Below, one piece after another: positions 57,764-64,000 of a stretch of 64,000 bases of DNA. Source of the DNA: Acidobacteriaceae bacterium (GTDB lineage Bacteria; Acidobacteriota; Terriglobia; Terriglobales; Acidobacteriaceae); assembly GCA_027365415.1 (NCBI GenBank), contig DAHXNK010000001.1, positions 6,142 through 70,141 on the forward strand, in the 5' to 3' direction. Position 1 is the first letter of the stretch. Every line of letters starts with the position of its first letter. The notes below the pieces were generated by a model. The model was not told the origin of the DNA. It saw only the letters and a program-made list of their open reading frames with translations, and ran no database searches. The translations under genes were made by a program, and so were the position numbers.

Positions 57764-58699
57764 CTACAGCGGAAGGCCGCGCCGCAATCGGGCAGCGCGG
57801 ACGGTGTTGGCCATCAACATGGCGATGGTTAGTTTGCCCACGCCGCCGGGCACGGGCGTGTACGCTCCAGCCACTTCAAATGCCTTCGGGTGTACATCAC
57901 CGACGATGACGGAACCCTTCTCTCGAAAAGCCGTTTCGCGCTTCACCTTCCCGGCAAAGAAGCGGTCGAAGTCCTTCTGCTCGGTAATGCGATTGATGCC
58001 CACGTCGATGATGGTTGCGCCGGGCCGCACCATCTCCGGGGTCACAAATCCTGGCCGCCCGATGGCCGCCACCAGAATATCGGCGGCGCGAGTGTGCTGA
58101 GCCAGATCGCGTGTCTTGCTGTGGCAAATGGTCACTGTCGCGTTTTCGTGCAACAGCAGCATGGCTGCGGGCTTGCCCACAATGTCGCTGCGGCCAAGAA
58201 TGACCGCGTGTTGTCCGGCGATGGGCAGATGGCTGCGCTTAAGAATTTCGAGAATTCCGGCAGGCGTGCAGGGCGCAAGCGCGGGCTGGTTGGACTGCAA
58301 GCGTCCCATGTTGATGGGATGGAAACCATCAACATCCTTCTCCGGCAACACGGCTTCCAGCAGCCGCTTGGTATCCACATGCGCGGGCAGGGGCAGTTGA
58401 ATCAAGATGCCGTCGATGTCGTCACGCGCATTCAGTTGCGCCACCAACGCCAGCATCTCTTCGGTGGTGACGGTATCCGGCGGCGCAATCATCTCACTGT
58501 ATAAACCGAGTTCTTTGCAGGTCTGCACCTTGCTACGCACATATATCTGCGAGGCGGGCACACTGCCCACCAACACGGCGGCCAGTCCGGGACGAATGCC
58601 CTGAGCCGCCAGTTGCTGTACCTGCATGGCAACCTCGGCCTTGATCGCGTCGGCGATGCGTGTGCCATCCAGAACTGTGGGAGAAAGCGTGGAAGTCAT
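57764..58699 (-). CDS. folD: bifunctional methylenetetrahydrofolate dehydrogenase/cyclohydrolase
   Basis: 'YVRSKVQTCKELG', 'GRSDIVGKP' and 'TPVPGGVG'. ATG 58699 gives 311 aa; the upstream extension is unlikely. Confidence 0.93.
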   Translation of the reverse strand: MTSTLSPTVLDGTRIADAIKAEVAMQVQQLAAQGIRPGLAAVLVGSVPASQIYVRSKVQTCKELGLYSEMIAPPDTVTTEEMLALVAQLNARDDIDGILIQLPLPAHVDTKRLLEAVLPEKDVDGFHPINMGRLQSNQPALAPCTPAGILEILKRSHLPIAGQHAVILGRSDIVGKPAAMLLLHENATVTICHSKTRDLAQHTRAADILVAAIGRPGFVTPEMVRPGATIIDVGINRITEQKDFDRFFAGKVKRETAFREKGSVIVGDVHPKAFEVAGAYTPVPGGVGKLTIAMLMANTVRAARLRRGLPL

Positions 58700-58796
58700 A
58701 TTGCCCCTCGATCTCATGGTACAAGATCGATTTGGAGCGATGGGTAGGTCGGCGGCGGCATATCTTCCAACACGCTCACTGGAATACACTGCGCTT

Positions 58797-59033
58797 ATGG
58801 CTGCAAAAAAGTGGCTGTCTACTGAAGAGTGGCGATCTACGGAGGCATGGCACACACTGGCCGACACGCTGGCTTGTCCGGTATGTCGGCAGCGAGGATT
58901 GTCGGTCATCTCCAATCCAAATCCAACCCGTCCAAATCAGCCGGAGAGTTTGGATTGCCCAGGCTGTCATCGGAGGTATCCGATCATGGAGGGGATTCCT
59001 GTGATGCTCGCGAATCGCGCCGTGCAAAAGTAG
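58797..59033 (+). CDS. Trm112-family (DUF343) zinc-ribbon protein
   Basis: 'LACPVCRQ...LDCPGCHRRYPIMEGIPVML' pattern. Confidence 0.7.
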   Translation: MAAKKWLSTEEWRSTEAWHTLADTLACPVCRQRGLSVISNPNPTRPNQPESLDCPGCHRRYPIMEGIPVMLANRAVQK

Positions 59034-59411
59034 TCGCGCGGGGTAGAAGTAACCTCTTTGATATCCCTAAAATAACGAGAATCCAGCTTGCCATCATATT
59101 GCCCAAAAAACAGTGCAGTCCTCTCAGCGCTCCCAAGGCTCCGCGCTTCCCTCCCAAAGACAGCAGTAACCTAACGGCATTACCGAAGATTTCCCTCGTG
59201 GTGTACCTCAAACTGCCGAAGAATCTGTTAAATAGAGGGGAAGCTTCCCGGGTATGCCGGGCTGTTTCCCCATCGTTGGCTGTGAAGAGAATGCAGGACA
59301 CAGGCAACGATTCTCCCCCAGATGGGTCTTACTGAGTGGGAGCTGTTGCAGGGGTTCAGGAAAAGGCAGACAGGGAAGCGGTACTCAACTCTACGAGGAG
59401 GGGGCAACACA

Positions 59412-59654
59412 ATGACATCACAGGGCATGGTTGAGAAGTTTCCCATTGCGGAGTTGCAGGATTTGCGAAATGGCCTGCTGCAAAGTGGCTTGGATTCCTG
59501 GCAGGCGGCAGAATTGATCAGCAGCTTTTTAAGCGGTCGCGGCTATGGCGTCTCCCGCCAGCGCGCCCGCGACGCGGTGGCGCACTTGGATGGGGTTCGC
59601 TGCTCCCTGGAAAACATGCAGAAGGAATTGGAAAGTTTGGCGCTGGTCATGTAA
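59412..59654 (+). CDS. small hypothetical protein (80 aa)
   Basis: GAGGAGGGGG SD 6-7 nt before ATG 59412. Followed by a strong terminator. Confidence 0.5.
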   Translation: MTSQGMVEKFPIAELQDLRNGLLQSGLDSWQAAELISSFLSGRGYGVSRQRARDAVAHLDGVRCSLENMQKELESLALVM

Positions 59655-59770
59655 GCTGCGGGCGCAAGGTTGCGTTTTCGGGGATAGCAGCACTCCGGCC
59701 TCGTTATGGGTGGAACTCAACTCCATAACCGCGAACATTCGGAATACATCCCCAGAGAACGGCAGAGCCA

Positions 59771-59807
59771 AAGGCTGAGCAAAACTTGCTCAGCCTTTTC
59801 TGTTTTT
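59771..59807 (+). terminator. rho-independent terminator
   Basis: aaggctgagcaa-aac-ttgctcagcctt is a 12-bp stem followed by TTCTGTTTTT. Confidence 0.8.
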
Positions 59808-59909
59808 GCGCGCGCGGAAACAATGCCCCGACTTACGGCGGAACTAAAGTCCCGCCCCTTTAAAACGCTGCCACGCGCAAAGATTCCTTAGGGGTTTCGT
59901 CCCGGCGCT

Positions 59910-60587
59910 TTACCCGTGGACGGCAATGCTGGTAAAGGAGAGTACGGCGTGGCTGGCGACGGGCTGACCGTAAAAGCGCGCCGGAGAAAAAACGCTCAGC
60001 AACAGCAGATTATTCAACTCCGCCTGCACCTCTGGAGCGACCGGGCCGGAAACAATACGGTAGTCATACACCCGTCCGTCGTTGCTGACGCTGGCCTCCA
60101 CCACGATGGGTTCAGGAGTGGCAAGGGGAAGATCGGCTCCCGCCAGCGAGTAGAGAAATTTTGGCGCGCTGACGCTATCGACGGTGGCATCGTTGGCAAC
60201 CAGCGGTTCAGGAGCGGCAAAGGTTCCGACCAACAGGATCACCGTGCCTAGGAAAATCACGGAGCTGGCAAACCCCGCAGAGGCGAACATCAAAAATGGC
60301 GCGATGGCATTCTCCCATCGCATCTGCCAGCGATCCAGACGGCGACGCACCCTGCTGCCGCTGCGCTCCCGCGAGAGGGCAACGCGCAGGCGCACCTCCA
60401 TCCCTTCCGGCGCTCTGGCTGGCCCTGTGGCGGATAGCAGGCGCTGCATGTCGCGCCAGGCATCAAATTCTTTTGCGCAGGCGACGCACTGCTCCAAATG
60501 GGCGGCAATAGCCTGCATCTGCGTGCCCCGAATCGCTCCGTCCAGATACCCGGAGAACTGCGCTTGCATGGATCGACAGGTTTTCAT
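59910..60587 (-). CDS. anti-sigma factor (zf-HC2), membrane-spanning
   Basis: 'HLEQCVACAKEF' zinc motif and one TM helix. Start overlaps the sigma-factor stop by 4 nt. Confidence 0.8.
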   Translation of the reverse strand: MKTCRSMQAQFSGYLDGAIRGTQMQAIAAHLEQCVACAKEFDAWRDMQRLLSATGPARAPEGMEVRLRVALSRERSGSRVRRRLDRWQMRWENAIAPFLMFASAGFASSVIFLGTVILLVGTFAAPEPLVANDATVDSVSAPKFLYSLAGADLPLATPEPIVVEASVSNDGRVYDYRIVSGPVAPEVQAELNNLLLLSVFSPARFYGQPVASHAVLSFTSIAVHG

Positions 60588-61288
60588 CCAACCTCCTCGC
60601 GCAAGCCATGCTCAATGGATGTCGCGCTTGTCCTGCTTGGCCGCCGGAGCGTGGTCATAACAAAATTAGCCAGATTTTCTTTCAAAACGGCTCGTCCACG
60701 CGCCAGCCGCGACTTGACCGTGCCCATACGCACATGCAAAATTTCGGCAATCTCCTCATACGCTAGACCTTCCAGATCGCGCAGAACCACGACGGAGCGG
60801 AATGGCTCCGGCACTTGTCGAATTGCGGTCTCCACGCGCAGACGAATCTCTGCCTTCGCCGCAGACTCGAAGGGGGAAATCCCTTCATCCTCAAAAGTAT
60901 CTTTCAGGCAGAGCGTGGGCTGACCGGAGTCCGCGCTCTGCTGCGCTTCCATCGTGACCTCTCGGCCCTTGTGCCGGAACCACCAGCGACGCTGGTTGGA
61001 CGCCTCCCGCAGCGCAATACGGTACATCCAGGTGCGTAGGCTGGATTCACCATGAAAATTTCGGATATGGCGAAATACCTTGAGGAAAACATCCTGGGTC
61101 ACGTCGGGCGCGTCCTCTGGATCGGTCAGGACGCGGGCAACCACGCCGTAGATGGGCTGATGGTACTGGGCAACGAGCGAGGCAAAAGCATCCTCCGAGC
61201 CAGCCTTCAGCGCAGAAACCAAGTCGGCCTCTTCGGAGCGGATTTCAACGACGCTTGCCAGATTTCCCAAAGCAAATCCCGCAGACAT
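60584..61288 (-). CDS. ECF-type RNA polymerase sigma factor
   Basis: Region 2 'PDVTQDVFLKVFRHI' and region 4 'EEIAEILHVRMGTVKSRLARGR'. Confidence 0.9.
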   Translation of the reverse strand: MSAGFALGNLASVVEIRSEEADLVSALKAGSEDAFASLVAQYHQPIYGVVARVLTDPEDAPDVTQDVFLKVFRHIRNFHGESSLRTWMYRIALREASNQRRWWFRHKGREVTMEAQQSADSGQPTLCLKDTFEDEGISPFESAAKAEIRLRVETAIRQVPEPFRSVVVLRDLEGLAYEEIAEILHVRMGTVKSRLARGRAVLKENLANFVMTTLRRPSRTSATSIEHGLREEVG

Positions 61289-61509
61289 GCGGTCACCCCC
61301 ACACTATCAGCAGCGTGCCAAATCCTCAACCCTCCCTCCCGCATTGAACGCGGGCAACGCCTCTTGTGGGCATTGGGATGAGCATTTCTGAACACCGCAA
61401 CCCACACCCAGTTAGACACGGCGCGATGAGGAAAGGTTCCCCCAATTTACAGAAAACAGGAGTTCTTTTTGCAGAGTTTTGACGCGGCCCGCCCGCGTAG
61501 TGGAACCTA

Positions 61510-62310
61510 TTATTTCCCCGGCGGGGTGGCGCTTGTTGCTGCGGATGGTTTACTTACGGTTGATTTGCTTGCAGATGATTTGCTTGCAGGTAGCTTGCTG
61601 CCGGAGAGTTTCCTTGCGGGAGCCGCAGTTCGGAGGGGTCGGCGCGCTTTTTTCAAAGGAGGCTTGGGGCGTCGTGGCGTACCATCTTCGACAATGATTT
61701 TCTGGGAGCGGGCGGCCATCTCCGCTGCGGTCATCGCCAGCAGTCGGGCATGCAGCATCGCTAGGTTTGTATCTTGATTGCCCGTCGCAGCCACCAGTTG
61801 CTCGGTCAGATTTTTTCGAGCTGCGGCCAGTTGATCTTCCGTTTCCGCTAGCAGGGCTGCCTCCGGGCGCGAGGCCACCAGCGTTGCCGTCGTCGTTACG
61901 CGCACCAGCACATCGTAGAGAGCATTGACGTTCTCTACCACCGACCATTGCGGCGCAAGCTCGGTCGGCTTGGCCTTTGCCTGATCCAGCAAGGTGGGCA
62001 AGGGGCCGGAGATATCCCGCTGAATGGAATCTATGTCGCCCTGGATTTCACTCTTTCCTTGACGCGAGAGCTTCCAGTGGCCCACGTTGACCACATTGAC
62101 TGCGGATGCAACCACGGCGGACACCGGACGCAACGCTTCACAGGGAGCGGGCGTGGATGCGGGACTTGAAGCAGGAATCGCATTGGTTGGCGCTACAGTC
62201 GGCGCTACAGTCGGCGCTGCGGTTTGCGCGGAGATCGCGAGCGTTCCTGCGATAACGAACAGCGCTGCACTGTACAGAACGTAGGCATGAATTTGAAGAC
62301 GCACAGGCAT
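61510..62310 (-). CDS. secreted hypothetical protein with Lys/Ser-rich tail
   Basis: Signal peptide, 'TVAPTVAP' repeat, helical core, and C-terminal 'SKLPASKSSASKSTVSKPS'. Confidence 0.6.
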   Translation of the reverse strand: MPVRLQIHAYVLYSAALFVIAGTLAISAQTAAPTVAPTVAPTNAIPASSPASTPAPCEALRPVSAVVASAVNVVNVGHWKLSRQGKSEIQGDIDSIQRDISGPLPTLLDQAKAKPTELAPQWSVVENVNALYDVLVRVTTTATLVASRPEAALLAETEDQLAAARKNLTEQLVAATGNQDTNLAMLHARLLAMTAAEMAARSQKIIVEDGTPRRPKPPLKKARRPLRTAAPARKLSGSKLPASKSSASKSTVSKPSAATSATPPGK

Positions 62311-62411
62311 ACTTGGTGAGTATACGTTGCAGGGGATAGGGTCGCAAAAAGTTGAAGGGAGAATTTAGGGTCGCGCAAATGTTTGATACACTACAATCTG
62401 TCCACACCTGT

Positions 62412-62487
62412 GGGCCTGTGGCGCAGCTGGGAGCGCGCTTCCATGGCATGGAAGAGGTCGTCGGTTCGATCCCGACCAGGTCCACCA
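62412..62487 (+). tRNA. tRNA-Ala (anticodon GGC), CCA encoded
   Basis: Acceptor GGGCCTG/CAGGTCC with G3:U70, anticodon loop AT-GGC-AT, T-arm GTCGGTTCGATCCCGAC. Confidence 0.93.
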
Positions 62488-62617
62488 ATCTATCAACAAT
62501 TCAGGCAGAGAGAATGTTTCCAGGCTAGGAACGCGCGCCGCCGCCTACATCCCTATGGAAAGAGAATGGTGCGGATCCCGGCCATCCCGTTCCATGCTAG
62601 ACTGCGCTTGCGTCCGT

Positions 62618-63370
62618 ATGCATCCAGAACTTGAAAAACTCGTTCACTTGCAGCACACTGAACAGCGGATTCTCGCGCTGGCCGGACAGATCGCCGCATG
62701 TCCCAAGCGGGTCAAGGAGCGCGAGCTGGCGCTGGTTGCTGCGGAGCGGGAACTCGCCGCCGCCACGCAATCCATTGCCTCCGAAGAAAAAAATCGACGG
62801 GGCATGGAATCTACCGTCGAAGATCTCCGGCGTAAGGCCGCGCGTTATCGTGTCCAGATGGATGCGGCGCAGAATGAATCCCAGGTGCAGGCTCTCCAAC
62901 ATGAGATTGACTTCTCCGAACAAGAGGCCAGTCGGCTGGAGGATGCCGCCATCGAAAGCATGATGCGCATCGAAGCGCTGGAGCAGCAGCAGCGTGCCTT
63001 GCAGACTGCCGTCGAACACCGCAAGCAGCAGCTTGCCGACGAGAAGGTCGAGGGGAAACAATCCATCCAGCGGGATGATGCCGAGCGCAGCGCTCTACAG
63101 CAACAGTGCCGGGAGATACGCGCCACCATTGAGGAAGCGATGCTTTCGATCTATGACCGTCTGGCTGCCTCGCGCAAAACCGCCGTCGCCGAAGCCGCCG
63201 ATCAGCGCTGCTCCGCCTGCCAGATGATGGTGCGCCCACAAAAGTGGAATGAGCTGCAAAACGCCGCCATTTTGTATTGCGACTCCTGCGGACGCTTGCT
63301 CTACTTCAGCGCTCCCGTCGATCTGTCGCAGGAGATTGCTCGACCTACCCAAAAGTCCGCAGGCGCGTAG
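62618..63370 (+). CDS. coiled-coil C4 zinc-ribbon protein (COG1579-like)
   Basis: Long heptad-rich region followed by 'CSACQMMVRPQ...CDSCGRLLY'. ATG 62618 preferred. Confidence 0.75.
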   Translation: MHPELEKLVHLQHTEQRILALAGQIAACPKRVKERELALVAAERELAAATQSIASEEKNRRGMESTVEDLRRKAARYRVQMDAAQNESQVQALQHEIDFSEQEASRLEDAAIESMMRIEALEQQQRALQTAVEHRKQQLADEKVEGKQSIQRDDAERSALQQQCREIRATIEEAMLSIYDRLAASRKTAVAEAADQRCSACQMMVRPQKWNELQNAAILYCDSCGRLLYFSAPVDLSQEIARPTQKSAGA

Positions 63371-63408
63371 ATCGTCCGACACGCGCTTCATGCTAGGCTG
63401 AACATCGC

Positions 63409-64000
63409 ATGGAAATTCGCGCTTGGCATCGCTTCGACTCTCGCTGTTGCTCTTCGCGATGGCTGGCCGCAACCGTTGCATCTGTCGCAACGCTGCTGAC
63501 GGCGGCGGGGTTGGGCTGTGGCTTGGCGGCAGCGCCGCAGCCTCCGTCGCTGCATATCCCCAAGCCTGTACGCGATCTGAAGGCCGCGCGCACTGGCAAT
63601 CAAGTCGCGTTGACGTGGACGATGCCCAGCAAAACCACCGACGGGCTGAAGCTGAAGTCGCCTATTCCTGTGCGTATTTGCCTGCAAACCACCAGCCGCG
63701 TCTGCGATACCGTCGGTAACATGCAGGCGCTTCCCGGCAAGCCAGCCACATTTACGCATCTTCTGCCGGAGTCTCTAACGCAGGGGTCGTTGCGGATCAT
63801 CACCTATCAGGTCTTTACGCAGAATACTCGCGCCCAGGCCGCTGCCGCCTCCAACGACGCGCCCGCGCTGGCAGGCATCGCGCCGTTGCCGATAACGGGC
63901 CTGACTGCCCAGGTCGTTCCTCAGGGAGTGCTGCTCCATTGGCAACCTGCGTCGTTGCAACGCGGCACCGTGTTTGAAATTCAGCGAACCCTGCTGCGCG
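63409..64000 (+). CDS. putative lipoprotein, 3' end beyond the window (absent from the ORF track because it has no stop)
   Basis: I translated frame 1 by hand from ATG 63409 to nt 64000 and found no stop. Lipobox-like 'LTAAGLGC'. 'VALTWTMP' and 'LHWQP' suggest Ig/FN3-like beta domains. Confidence 0.55.
   Translation, partial: MEIRAWHRFDSRCCSSRWLAATVASVATLLTAAGLGCGLAAAPQPPSLHIPKPVRDLKAARTGNQVALTWTMPSKTTDGLKLKSPIPVRICLQTTSRVCDTVGNMQALPGKPATFTHLLPESLTQGSLRIITYQVFTQNTRAQAAAASNDAPALAGIAPLPITGLTAQVVPQGVLLHWQPASLQRGTVFEIQRTLLR

Overview
The window is about 64 kb of bacterial chromosome. It resembles an Acidobacteriota (Terriglobia-type) genome. This is an inference from carboxypeptidase-regulatory-like TonB receptors, a YXWGXW-repeat protein, bshA, and characteristic REP-like intergenic hairpins. 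No database search was possible, so all product calls rest on motifs I recognise in the translated ORFs.

The backbone is housekeeping and about 58-62% G+C: recA, an MCP, ilvE, trxB, yggS, ribA, bshA, tRNA-Val, a SurA-like PPIase, rnj, phoU, tmk, recJ, cspA-like, accD, bamA, frr, lipA, an htrA-like protease, coaE, folD, an ECF sigma/anti-sigma pair and tRNA-Ala. There are no rRNA genes, CRISPR arrays, integrases or phage structural genes.

Five compositionally foreign low-G+C islets interrupt the backbone (hand counts of single 60-nt lines):
1. 2499-4290: an orphan, tightly coupled three-gene operon directly downstream of recA and next to a recJ relic.
2. 27895-30960: an exported amidohydrolase plus a TAT-exported GH42-like enzyme.
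3. 31732-33583: a single 595-aa gene with an Mrr-type restriction-endonuclease domain, bracketed by a perfect 13-bp direct repeat.
4. 35607-37870: an IS5-family relic plus a GT39-like membrane protein.
5. 54802-55769: a roughly 38% G+C orphan all-helical protein with a possible HEPN-like R-x6-H string.

A 190-bp in-frame relic of the recJ 3' half at 2189-2381 lies in inverted orientation to the intact recJ about 35.5 kb away. The two copies bracket recA and most of the window.

My best candidates for an undescribed system are the three-gene cassette, then the repeat-flanked Mrr-like gene, then the 317-aa orphan. Their functional readings are hypotheses only.
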